Part shown: one piece after another, positions 12,895 through 25,369 of the stretch | How positions within the stretch are numbered: the stretch's first letter is position 1 | How the letters are laid out: each line of letters starts with the position of its first letter | From: Guillardia theta CCMP2712 | Lineage: Eukaryota; Protista; Cryptophyta | Direction of reading: 5' to 3' | Assembly: GCF_000315625.1 (NCBI RefSeq) | Contig: NW_005434591.1 | Location: 1 to 34,152, forward strand | Length of the DNA stretch: 34,152 nt | Notes under the pieces: generated by a model | Seen by the model: the letters and a program-made list of their open reading frames with translations, nothing else | The model's database searches: none | What the model was told of the DNA's origin: nothing | Position numbers and translations under genes: made by a program

Positions 12895-15184
12895 GGCGTC
12901 ACCTCGGCGTTCCCTGCAGGAGGCTCAGCCCCTCCTGCGCCCATCGCAGCCCCTCATGCAGCCCGCCGCCTGTCGCCTCCCGGGGCTCCTGACCCTGCAG
13001 GAGGGGTGAGGAGAGGAGAGAGGGAGAGGAGGCACCTCAAGGAAGGCCACGAACATGCTGAGCTGACCAGGCAGCACCTCCATGCGAAGCGACTTGCCGT
13101 CTAACACCTGAGAGACGCGACACTTGAGACGATGATCAAGAAGGAGTTAGGAAGGAGGAGGAGGAGGAGGAGGAGGAGGATGAGGAGGAGGAGGGGGGTG
13201 CTTGCAGATCAAGAGGCAGAGGAGCTTGTGGTGGAGGGGCAGAAGGTTTGATCAGACGCCTCACCAACACGAAAGAGCCACTCCACTTGACCTCAACTAG
13301 TTGCTAGAGACAACCAAGGAGTCAAACGAGTCACACGGTCAGTCCGGGCCCTCCTTCCTTCATCAGCCCTTCTCCCTCCCCACCTCGTTCCTCGCTTTCT
13401 TCTCTTCTTCACAGACGGGACAAGAGGCGGCAAAAGCGCAGGAGCCATGCTTCTTGGTATAGCTCTCTGCTACTAGTCAGCCAAAGAAGAACAAGGCAGG
13501 GACAGAAATCAGAACTATGAAGAAGCAACTGAAGATCCAAACAACGTTGGGCACAAGGGGATGGAAGGGTAGAACAGAAGCTGAGGATGGACGATGCATA
13601 GAAATAAGGTGGAAGAATGAAGGGGAGGGAAGAAAGGAGGAGGATGGAGGGGGGAGGAGCAAGAGGGAGGAGGAGGAGGTAAATGGATTTAGAGGATGGG
13701 GACAGAGTGAAGAATTGCTTGCCTGTGTCGCGCAGGCCAGTAATGAGCAATTCTCCCTTACAGCCCTTGAGGTTCATGAAGCTCTGGTGCCTTTAGGTCA
13801 GTACCAAGGGGTCAGACCCTTGCGTCCTCACCTTAAGGCCGCTAACGAGATATCGAGCAGGTCCGTACGTGGCCCTCAGAGCCTCTGAGTCCTCGGCAAG
13901 TTTGCCACCCAGGCCCCAGCCGACGCCGCAGAGGGAGAAGAGCTCGCGGCGGCTCTGCGAGATGCGGATGAGGTCGACGGGCCGCACGCGATGGCCCTTG
14001 AGGATGGTCCAGGTCGCCGCCAGGGGGGTCACGAAGCTCATCATCTTGGCGAGGGCGCACTCAGAGCCGGCGGGGATGGTGCCCAGCACAAGCCTGCGCA
14101 TCAGCTCGTCGCGATCCGGCCGGCTCATGATGCCGTTGACGACCTCAGAGATGGTCCCGTCACCTCCGATGCAGACGATGACGTCGAGGACGGAGAGGTC
14201 GAGGGAGCCGTGAGGTCCCACGAGGTCGTACGCGTGCCTTGCTCGCTCCGTCAGAGTCACCGAGTAGTCCAGCTCTGTGCACGCGAAGATCTCCTCCACC
14301 CTCTCCCAGTACGCTTTGCCTTGCCTGTGCCCCGAGACTGGGTTGACGATGATGTGAACGCGCGATCGCCCGGAGAGGAGGGGCGAGGCCTCTGCCATCC
14401 TCCTAATCGCATCTCTACACTCCTGTGCCGCTCGACGTCGAGAGTGATGGGAGGAGCGAAACTCGAAGAGCTTGTAGCGGCGGTAGAAGCTCTCACCGTC
14501 GGGGGAGCAGGGGAAGGGCGTGGTGAGGACATGGAGGTCCAGGCAGTCTCCTTCCTTGGAGGCGAAGTCACAGGCAATGACGTTGACCGATGCGATGCTC
14601 TCCTTCCCGAGGAACGCTTCCCCCAGCGGGTCCTTGCCGATGAACGCCTCCACGTGGTTCCACTTGAGCGTGAGTGACTCCTTCCCCACGGCTACCGACG
14701 CCTCGTGCTGCGGGCGGTTGGGTCGGAGAATCTGCCGGCACGTCAGACAAGAGCCTCACGTCCTCCATGCGCCTACCTGACACTGCCAGGACCCCAAAAG
14801 CGCGCTGACGCCCGGGTTCCCTCCCGGAGCTCCTCGCCGTCGTCGTCGAGATCTGCCATCCCTGCCGTCTGCAGGTAGTAGGGGCGAGGCATCGCTGACA
14901 TGGCGGGTGAGGTCTGGCTCTTGAAGCTCGTCAGTGTGCAAGGTCAAGGAGTCCGAGCGAAGGAGCGCGAGGGAGCTCAGAACTTGGTCAAGGGCGATGC
15001 TGACCGACTCGTTGCGAACCATCCTCGACCTCCTCCAGAGCTGCTCCATGCTCTCAACCACATCCCTCTCAGCTTCCACCGCCATCGGCACAGGTGGCTT
15101 CGGCAGCTCAGCCGGGAATGAGGGGACTGGTTGATCGGCAGAAAGACTTTCATGCCCCACGTCCGTCATGACCTGCCTATCCAT
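12895..15184 (-). CDS. Ceramide/sphingosine kinase-like (DAGK catalytic family), spliced; 3' end approximate
   Basis: IIVNPVSG, TERARHA, VCIGGDGTISEVVNG, LGTIPAGS, GVGWG; an exon near 13385-13470 encodes CAFAASCPVC, similar to the CERK Cys motif. Confidence 0.85.
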
Positions 15185-15695
15185 GGGATGGCATCTGACC
15201 CGCTCAGACCTCGCTCATGTTGATGATTTTGTTGTCCTCCACCCCCTCCCCTCATGCATGAGTTGAGTCTGTTGGGTGTTCTTGTCACCTCAAAGCATGG
15301 CTTCTGTCTGCCTGCAATTCAGTCACTGCTCCTGCTCTCTTCTCCTCCTCCTCTCTCGTCCTCTTCTTCCTCCCCCCTCTCCTCCTCCTCCTCACTTCGT
15401 CTCCTCCTCCCCCCTTCTCCTCCTCTCCCCTATCTTCGCATCCTCCTCCTCTCTCCTCCTCTCCCCCCGCCTCCTCCTCCTCTCTTCTCCTTCCTTCTCC
15501 TTCCTTCTCCTCCTCTCTCCTCTCTCTCTCTCTTCCCTTCTCCTCTTCTTCGCCTCGCCTCGCCTCGCCATCCCCATACTTTCCGTCTGCACCCAGTCAT
15601 CTTACCAATCATGTATGTCATTTGAAACATTCTGGTAAAATTTAAAAACATAATGTAAGATTCTGAAACAGTGTTGGGGAAAGGGAAGGGTCGCC

Positions 15696-15906
15696 ATGCA
15701 GGCGAAGACGCTGCTGGCCTGGTTGGCGATCATCCAGGTGAGTCCATGGCAGGCAAGCGAAGCCATGCACACACGTCGCTTGCTCCGCGACCATGGCGGG
15801 CTGTTGCATACCCTCATGCCGAGTCTGGTCACGGTGCGACGCGATGGCAGTGCTGTTCCCTGAGAGTCAAAACTTGCCATCACTGCGACGCGACCAAGGA
15901 CGAGTA

Positions 15907-15992
<86 letters not shown>

Positions 15993-16660
15993 TAAAGGAG
16001 AATGAGAATGAGCGGAAGGAGGAGTGGGAGGTTGTAGGTGGGGGAGAAACGGTTTGAAGTTCAAAGGGTTTGAGTGGTCCAAATGAAGCTACTTATAGAA
16101 AGAGGGACTAGAATAGAAATTCAGTTTGTCCGTTCTCCACAATGACTCATGCACTTCCGCAGATTTGTTTGGTGTTGCTCAATTTCACACTGGCAGCCTT
16201 TGTCATTTACATAACCCTGCCATTCGCCTTCCTCGCATTGGTTTCCGTCTACATAGCCATCTACTGCCGATGGAAGACAGGCATTTATATCTTCATCTTC
16301 GGTTGCACTTGCATCCTTGTGAGCTTGAGCTCGGCATGCGCGGGCGTTGACTTCTCGCAGTTGTACGGGGCGTTCATGTTGTTTTGGATCATATCACGGG
16401 GACAAGCGTCATCGCATCCCTTGGACATCACCTGGTACAGTCTGCAAGTTTTGGCAGAGGTGAGGAGCATCTCAGTAGTCTAGCTGACACTGACGGTCCC
16501 TGCTCTAGTTCTTCTGTATCATTGTAGCCTTGTGGGTACTGTGGGAGGTGAGGGAGGAGGTTGGCGCAATGTGCTGGAACTGACGCATCCCGAACAGATC
16601 AGCTCAGAATCGAGCAAGAAGAAAGACAAGGGCGAATCCCAAAGCTTGCTCGGCAAATAG
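15696..16660 (+). CDS. Small ~4-TM membrane protein (~146 aa, 4 exons)
   Basis: Exon 1 MQAKTLLAWLAIIQ|gtgagt splices in phase to ccgcag|ICLVLLNF...QVLAE|FFCIIVALWVLWE|ISSESSKKKDKGESQSLLGK*; strongly hydrophobic. Confidence 0.65.
15907..15990. repeat. (GACGAT)14 microsatellite, intronic
   Basis: Read directly from the sequence. Confidence 0.95.
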
Positions 16661-16856
16661 ACCTCCATCTCCTTCCTTTATTCCTATTAATGTGACGGCA
16701 AAATCCGTCTATTTGCTTCAAATAATTTTCAGAGCGCAACAACGCGGTACGAGGATTGGGTCAGCTTATGCTGGGCAGAATTTGTAGCTGAAGCGAATGA
16801 CTTGAGACTGCTCATAAACTAAGGGGCAACATTCAGCTATCTCCATCTTAGTTCTG

Positions 16857-19508
16857 CTACTTGCGATCCTTTACCCTGACGCATGAACTATCCAAAGTAA
16901 CCAGAGTAGGAGGATCGGACGCGAGAATTCGCAGCTGCCGCTGAGTCAGAGAGGTTGCAGAGGTATCGATTCTACCTCATAAGTAGACCCTCCGTCCTTG
17001 GAATCCACCACTTCCCCTCGAACCCATTTGCCACCTTGCAGGATTTCTACCTGTGTGCCCGCCACCAACGAACCCTGTATGAATTCATGTCAGGATTGAA
17101 CAACAACCCACTTTACGTCTTGCCGGCTTCGAAACGCCATCAGCTTCTCCTGCGTCTACATCATCCCAAGAGCAGAGGCAACAAGTCGCTGTACCTGACT
17201 TCACTGCCTCGAAATGCTTCACAAGGACTTCCCGAGCGTGCTCAGGGAGAAGCGCGAGATCGCCCATGACTTCCGGGCTGCGCCAAACCTGCGCCATGTA
17301 TCACTTTGCGCATCTATAGCGCTATGCACAGCCCGTACCTTTATGGCATCTTCCAATTCTTCAGGATGCGGCTCCTTCTGGATCTGTTGTTGCCATTCGG
17401 GTTATCGACTTGTCTGAGTGCTTCACTGGTTTAACGTACTTGGGAATCGTCGAATCCTGGAGGCAGCAGAGCCCCATATTGTATCAGCAAATCGACAGAT
17501 TCTTCAAATCCTATGTCAACAGCAACTTGTATGTCCTGCGAAGATAGTGGTTTTCAGCCACAGAACTGATGATTATAGAGAAACTTACGTATGCGATGGA
17601 TGCTGGACGTTCCTTTTCCTTGAACCTGAGAAGTTGGGTCACTCCCGCGTGACTGCGTTGAATGGAGATTCTTACACATTGAATTGAAGATCGGGCAACA
17701 TGCCTCGGCTCAACAGCCGCTTCAGGCAATCCAAGGACTTCGTTCGCAAACAAAGTTGCAGACAAGTAGGAGAGTCAGGCTGCGTTGTGAACATAGTCGT
17801 GTCGTTGATGAAAAACTTCTCTCCTGCACTTTCTTGTGCAATAGATGAAGAACAAGTGGAGTGTTGAAGAACACCTTCAATCTTCTTTTCTATCCATTCC
17901 GATGCGTTATGAACAGTTCGATCTTCAACAATGTCTGCTAGCACTGTTTGAAGGCATATGTTACCAACGGGCGAAGTGAGACCAACACCCTTTCTGATAA
18001 ATGTTTGCAACAAGGAGGTACTCCCAGTATCCACTACTTTTCCAAGTGTCTTTGCTGCTGTATTTGAGGATGCATTGAGGTTTGCGCCATGCTCGAGAAA
18101 AAGTTTTGCAATTACTTCAGTCTGTTCCATCGTCAAATCATTCTCCAATTGTCTATCAAGAACAAAGTTGAGCGCTGTGCAGCAATATGGATTTGGCAAG
18201 ACATCAGAACCCTTGATTTCTCCTGAGGCAATCATTGTTTGAATCTTAGGAAAATCACGCTTGAGGTATAAATCCACAAATTGATCTGTATACTGCGAAG
18301 ACTGTAAGTGCCTGCAATACTTTGTCAGCTGGAAAATTGCTAGCCAACAAGACATACTCCTCGGATTGACCATCTATTTTTCGCTTTTTTGCCGTTGCTT
18401 CAACACTCTTCAACGAGCGCTTTACTCGGGACTGCAAGCGAAGCATCGGGTCTGAACGAATCATCTTCCGTTGAAGCTTTGCATACTTGTCTCCAGAAAT
18501 TCCAGTTGATGGAAATTGAACAATTCGTGCTGTGCTGTTCCTGGACCTTGAGTGGCTCCCTGTAATGAAAGCAACATGAATGAAATATCAAAATTTATAT
18601 CAAAAAATCTTACTTGATCTCGGCGTGGAATTGCGAAGACCTTGGTTGAGCGCAGAGTTACTGTTCTCATTTTCTGATTCGTTCGAACCCAATTTGCCTT
18701 CCTGCATCTTGACGCCAGAAGTCGAGTCCTCCAGGAGAACAGCAAAAGCTTTGAGTGCTGGCACATTGCCGCTCGCACCATTGTCGTTTTCTGAAACAGT
18801 AGATCCATCTGGCACCGTCCCCTGCTTTTTGGTTTTCTTAGAGACTTTGTCTGTGTCTTCATCACCCTCATTTGGGGCATCGTCATCATTTCCTTGTTCC
18901 TGAGGAGGAGGAGGAGGAGGCAAGTCCGTTGAGTTCGGATCAGCCTTTGCAGCAGGAGAGCGACTGTCAGCGTTTCCTTTCTTTTGCGAGGAAGGGGTTC
19001 TTGCAGTTCTAGCTCCGCTGGACGTCTTGCGATCTTCGCACGCTCGATTCACTCGAGCACACCGAGAACAAGGACGGTTGCCATCACATCGCATCTTCAT
19101 TCGTGAGCAGGCTGCACATGCATAGGCAACTCCAGACTTGGGGGTTTTCTTGCCTTCAGAATTCGGTTCGGCAGGTTTTGCTTGGGCAGGAGTCGAGGTC
19201 TCCTCATTTCCGCCGCTTTTCCCCGGAGTTGCAGTAACATGGGTACCATCATTCGATTGATTGCCGTTGGCTACGACATGGTTCTGCCCCGATGAATTTT
19301 GATCTTCTGACTCCGATGGAATACCGAAAGGAAGGAAAATGCTGAATTGTGGTTTAGTCGCACCAGGCGAATTTTGGAGATCAGCTTCAGTATCTAGGTT
19401 CATTGCAGTGTCAGCACCACTGTTTTTCCCTGTGTTGTTGTCGTTTTCGGCGCTTCCATCATCGGCTGCGACAGGCGGGGGCGGGGGCAGTGTTGACTTG
19501 GAGCTCAT
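16857..19508 (-). CDS. Zn2Cys6 binuclear cluster protein with ankyrin-like repeats and C-terminal Tudor/Agenet-like barrel (about 9 exons)
   Basis: ACAACSRMKMRCDGNRPCSRCARVNRAC; ankyrin-like IAKLFLEHGANLN and AVDIGFEESVDLLIQYGA; the frame stays open across successive GT-AG introns to ...CVRVKDRK*. Confidence 0.8.
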
Positions 19509-20029
19509 TCTTACCGATGTCCTGGTCCAGAACAATGAGTGAGAGCAGAAACAGAAAGTTGTCTCGCGATTGAAAGGATGATGATAGGAGAACAAGCGCA
19601 AAAATCTCTCATGCAGCGATGAAGGCCATCAGCTGAATTCCTACTTGCCTTGTGGACGGCTGGTCCAGCCCGTTACAGCTTCACACACAAGGCTGAGAGC
19701 AGCGAATCCTTCTTGCTCAGAAGCTGATGATTCACCAGGAGAAAGTATCCACAAGAAGAGCTACAGGAGGACCAAGACGCGCGATATTGCAGCTCTTGAT
19801 GAATGGCAATGGACCGGCGCTGCAGAGGCTGGGAGGGATGCGAAGCAGAGAGAACAAGGCAAGTGAGAAGGGGCCTGACAAGTAGGAGGAGGGAGCAGAG
19901 AGGAGGGAGAAGTAGGAGGAGGGAGCCTTGTAGGAGGAAGAGGAGGGAGTACCGCTTGCTCTCTCAGCTCTTATGCTTCTTGCTCAAGCCGCGGTCGTCC
20001 CCTGAGCATTCCCTGGTTTGTGGTCCTGG

Positions 20030-20945
20030 AATTTCGAATGGGGGTCGAATCCCAGCCGTTCAAAATTGTGTTTGAATCATTTCGACAATGTCCCTAGATT
20101 TGTGAATCTCACTTCTCCTCTTAATTTGAAATGGTTCATAATTTGGAGCATTTGCTTTCAAACAATTCATGTATCCCTCACCCCATCGAGACCCAGTCTT
20201 CCACTACCCCTTCACCTCACCCCATCAACTCCCTCTGATTCGAATCATGCCGGGGGTGAGGGTAGCCTCAAACCCCACCCCCCTTCACTACAAGAATCAT
20301 GACTAGTCTCCACCCGTCCTCATTCATGGCCGGTACCAACAGAGTTGTGGTACCCTACCGTTTTCCTAGCATTTCTGAAGATAAAATATTTTAATATTCA
20401 AATTTGAATAAAATGTTCAACTCCAATCTTCATATTACATTTTTCCCCAGGAGAAATGTTCAAAATTTGAGGGCTCAGAGGAAGATGTCCATTTTCCTTC
20501 GTGGTCCAAGGGGGGGGTGGGGGTCCTGTTGATCGTTGGGGGTAGTTTTCAAACAGGTTCGCCTCAGAGCTTCAATCTCGTGGAATTTTAGCGAGGCGAG
20601 CCCGAAAATGACTGGGTAGAGGCGGGCCCACCTCATCTTACATCTAAATGGAAGCCTCCCGACCGATACTAATTATTTTCAGGTCTGCCTCAGAACTAGG
20701 ATAATAACTTAGTGGAGGCACCAATCTTACCTAGTGAGAGCCTCCACTCAATGAAATGTGCAAGCCTCGACGCGTTGAGGGGTTGTAGAGGCTATTCAGA
20801 AGGGGTGGGGGTGTTCAAACTGTGTGGGTGGGTCATTTCAAAAGTATAATTGGTGGGTGTATTTGTAGGAAAAGAGCCAGGTAGGGGTGTATCATAGAAT
20901 GGGTCAGGGTACTTCAGCATCCGGGGTAGGGGTACTCAGTTGTTC
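20030..20945. repeat. Probable non-coding dispersed repeat or non-autonomous element rich in ACCC/GGGT motifs
   Basis: No credible ORF; C-run motifs on the left and G-run motifs on the right; shares gggtaggggtac with 28581. Confidence 0.35.
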
Positions 20946-21471
20946 CCCTTCTCTTCCCCTTGTTTCCCCGCTGTCGGCTATGAGATGGAGTCAACAGCAG
21001 CAGACTCAGTCTCCTCTCCTCTCCTCTCCTCTCCTCTCTCCTCTCCTCTCCTTCTACTCTCCTCTCCTCTCTCCTCTCCTCTCTCCTCCACTTCTTTATC
21101 AACCATTTCACCTACGCTGCATTCATTTCGCTCCCGTATCACCCCGCTCCTTCTGATGTTTCCTGCCTGCCTGCCTTTTCTCCAGCCTCCTATTCCTCGC
21201 GTATACCTATAACAACAAGATCACTTAAATGTAGAGCATTTCTCGTTTCTCGATCGTGCAATACCTCGAACCTTTTCCCATTCATATTACGTCATGCCTA
21301 TCTTTGTTATGTCCCCCTTTACCACATTTCTACATGTTTCGAATTGTTCCTGCAACGACCCGAAAGTTTTTGGTCTGATTTGACGTTTTCTTTTCCAGCT
21401 GAGCATTGTGTTGAAACAATCTTTTCAGGAGCTTGTGAGCCTAGTGTAGGACTTGCGGCTTCCTCGAGAGA

Positions 21472-24400
21472 ATGTCGAACTACTTCAAGGACCAGGGAAA
21501 ACGCGGTGAGAATGCAGAGCTGCAAGAAGAGCTTGCTTCTACAGATAAGAACAAGAAACGCGATGCTGTGAAGAAGGTGATCAGAGACATGACCCTTGGC
21601 AAGGATGTCGCCGGCCTGTTCACTGCTGTTGTGAACTGCATGATGACACCTAATCTTGAAGTTCGCAAGCTCGTGTACTTGTACTTGATCAACTATGCTA
21701 AGACTCAGCCTGACCTTGCCATCATGGCTGTCAATGGCTTTGTTAAGGACTGTGGAGACCCTAACCCGATCATCCGCGCGTTGGCAGTTCGAACTATGGG
21801 ATGCATTCGAGTACAGCAGATCAGTGAATACCTCTGCGAGCCTCTCCGGCGAGCGTTGAAAGACAGTGACCCCTACGTGCGCAAGACTGCCGCCATCTGC
21901 GTCGCCAAACTCTACGAGATTTCCCCAGACCTTGTGACAGACCAAGGCTTCATCGACACTCTGGTGATGCAGTGTGTTGTGTTGTGTTGTGTTGTGTTGT
22001 GTGGTGTTGTGGTGTGGTGTGATCATGTTGATGCTGACCTCGTTCACTTAGAACGACATGCTTGGAGATGGTAATCCCATGGTGGTGTCGAATGCTGTCG
22101 CTGCCCTGGCTGAGATCAGCGTTCGCGGAACTCCTAAAGCGCTTGTGCTGAAGAATTCTACGGTGACGAAGCTTCTGAATGTCTTGAACGAGGTACGACA
22201 TGTGCTTCTTGGTATCGAATACGGCTGAGATCATGCTCGAGTGTTCGGAATGGGGTCAAGTCTTCATCTTGGATGTTCTCTCGTCTTACACGCCATCGGA
22301 CAAGACTGAGGTGAACCACCGATCGCACTCCTCGTGGTGTTAATGTGCTGGGCAGGCTGTTAACATCCTTGAGCGGGTGAAGCCAAGGTTGCAGCACGCG
22401 AACAGCGCGGTATTCCAAGGATGAATATTGTGTGTAGTCGCCTGACAGGCAGCTTCCAGGTGGTGCTCAGCACAACCAAGGTGATAGTGAAGCTTTTGGA
22501 CATCGTGACAGACAGCGAAGTTGTACGAACATACGTGAAGGCTCTCGGACCTCCTCTTGTGACGCTCATGTCCAATGAAGCTGAGATCCAGTATGTTGCC
22601 TTGAGGAATATCATCCTGATCTGCCAGAAACGTCCGTCGGTGCTATCAAACGAAGTGAAGGTCTTCTTCTGCAAGTACAACGATCCGATTTATGTGAAGA
22701 TGGAGAAGCTCGACGTTCTGGTGATGTTAGCCAATGAGAACAACATTGAACAAGTTCTTATGGAGTTCATGGAGTACGCCACTGAAATCGATTGTGAGTT
22801 CGTTTGCAAAGCAGTTCGCTGCATTGGGCGTTGTGCCATCAAACTTCAAGGAGCAGCAGAACGATGCGTCAACGTGCTCGTCACTTTGATTCAGACCAAA
22901 GTGAACTACGTGGTACAAGAAGCGATCATTGTGATCCGAGACATCTTTCGCAAGTACCCCAACAAGTACGAGAGCGTCATTGGCACTCTCTGTGAGAACT
23001 TGGACACGCTGGACAACTCTGAGGCCAAGGCCAGCATGGTCTGGATCATCGGCGAGTATGCTGAGCGAATTGACAACGCGGGCGAGTTGCTCGACGGTTT
23101 CCTCGAGAGTTTCTCGGAAGAGACGACGGCAGTGCAGCTTCAGCTTCTCACTGCGACTGTGAAGCTCTTCTTGAAACGCCCGCAGATCGCGCAAGAGATG
23201 GTTAAGCGCGTGCTCGCGCTTGTCACTCATGAGTCGGACAACCCAGACGTGCGAGACCGCGGGTACATGTACTGGCGTCTGCTCTCCACCAACCCTGAGG
23301 CAGCCAAGGCGATTGTCCTGGCAGGTGCGTGAGAGGCGAGAGAGGAGATGGAGGGGGATGACAAGGGAGCGAGCTGAGGGCAAAAGAGTCGCATGCTGAG
23401 GTTGGGGAGGGGGGAATAGGAGGGGAAGGGATGTGAGGAGGACTCGTACGTCTGACGTCTGACGGCAGACAAGCCAACTATTGAAGACGACACGAACCTG
23501 ATCGAAGCTGCTCTCCTCGAAGATCTCATCGGGAATCTCTCCAACCTCGCTTCCGTCTACCACAAGCGCCCGACGGCCTTCATCGACCGCAAGAAGGCCA
23601 ACGACAGCATGGATGACTACGAGGAAGCTGAAGAGCCTGACAGCGCGCAAGCGACGGCGAGTGAGACGAGGGCACAAGGTCCAAGTGCCTTGCGAGCGTT
23701 GGGGAGGCTGACGTGGTTTCAGAGCATCCGCAAGGCTCGAGGGAGCAAGAGTCGGCTAAGGCTCCTGTGGTTGACATGCTGATGCTGGACGACCCCGTGG
23801 CACCTGCCACTCAAGCAGTGCGAGAGACCAAGCTTGACGACCTCTTGAGCCTGGACGCGCCTGCTCCTACTCAGAGCGCGCGGTCTCAGGGAGCTGACCT
23901 GCTCGACATGCTTGGCGGGCCATCGCCTGCCCCCGCCTCCTCGGGTCAGCTTCCGGTGCTGCTGATTGTTTTGCAAGAGAGGAGAGTGAAGTTGATGTAG
24001 ACGCTGCTGGCGGCGGACAAGGGCAACGGGATGGAAATGCATGGCGCCATCAAGCAAGTCAACGGACAGGTGGAGGAGCCTTGCGAGTGTCTCGCTCACG
24101 TGGATGCAGCTGGGGTACGAGCTCGAGTTCAAGAACGTCTCGTCGACCGTGTTGAACGGCATCAACTTTCAGGTGACGTCACCAGCTGTAAAACCTCGCT
24201 GAGCGACCGGCAGATGAACAAGAACCTTGTTGGTCTTGCCCTCAAGGCGCCTCTACAGACCCCCGACGTCCCTCCCGGCGGGTCTCACCGGGTCACCGTC
24301 GCGCTCGCCTCCGACCCCTCCAAGATCGAAGTCAAGCCGCATGCCGGCAACGCGGGTGGCAACGTCGTGCAGCTGGCGGTCAAGAGCAACTTGGGAGTCT

Positions 24401-25361
24401 TCTACCTCACTGACAGCATCGAGCTTGCGGCCATGACGACGCCCGGCTTCTCTCTTGCCCCCAACGTCTACATGTCCACCTGGCAGAACCTCCCGGCTGA
24501 GAACCAAACGGTCGCACTCCTCCATCTCCTCGCCCTCACCTGCTCCTCCTTTGCTGTTCCTCCCTCTTGTGATGCCCCTGCAGGTCAAAGACCTTTCGGG
24601 TTTCCCGATGAACAATCCCAATGCCATCGAACAAGCACTGCAGGTCAGCATGGGGAGGAGGGGGAGAGGCAGGTTCTAATGAACTTGTTGAGCAGGGAGC
24701 GCATCTCTTCCTCGTCAACAAGAAAGCAGGGGCAGGACCAACTTCTCTCTACCTCGCAGGCAAGACCGTGGCGAACCAAGGCTTCCTCCTTGAGCTGCAG
24801 GTACTGTCTGCCCCTGCACCTCCTCGCTTCCTCCTCCTTTCGTCCCTTCACTCTTGTCATTCCTCGCTCCTTTTCTTCATCTCTGTCTACCCCCTACCTT
24901 GCTTTCGCTCATTCTCGTTTCGCTCAGATTCTTCCTACCGCGTGTCGCGTCACCATCAAGTAAGAGCTTGTCCTCCTCCTCCTCCTCCTCCTCCTCCTCC
25001 TCCTCTCTTCTCTGCCACCACATACTGCTCGTCTGTCGTCTCTCATCGCTCTCGTCGCGTGCAGGTCAAACGTCGCGGGGCTTGCGGGCATCATTGCGGA
25101 GGCAGTGGAGAGCTGCTTGAGGAAAGCTCTCGTGAGTGTGCGGGAGGAGGAGGGAGGTGACGGCACTGAGAGAGTGGCAGGGGGGAGGAGGCGGGCAGGG
25201 AGTCGCGTTGCATGCCGCCACCATGCCTGCTATGGGAGGGATGGGCATGTCGATGCAGCAGGCGCCTCCTGCGGCAGCGTCGAAGCCTGTGCGGAGACAC
25301 GAGAATTCCGTATCATCACTGACGTCAGTCGCAGGTGGACCTGCTGGCGGATCTGTTCTGA
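21472..25361 (+). CDS. Beta-adaptin (AP-1/AP-2 complex beta subunit), multi-exon
   Basis: [73 protein letters not shown]; hinge with DLL motifs; appendage [12 protein letters not shown]. Confidence 0.95.
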
Positions 25362-25369
25362 TCGAAGTT

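Noticed and set aside
15793-16082. Poly-Asp / poly-Ser ORFs
   Set aside because: Artefacts of the intronic (GACGAT)14 microsatellite.
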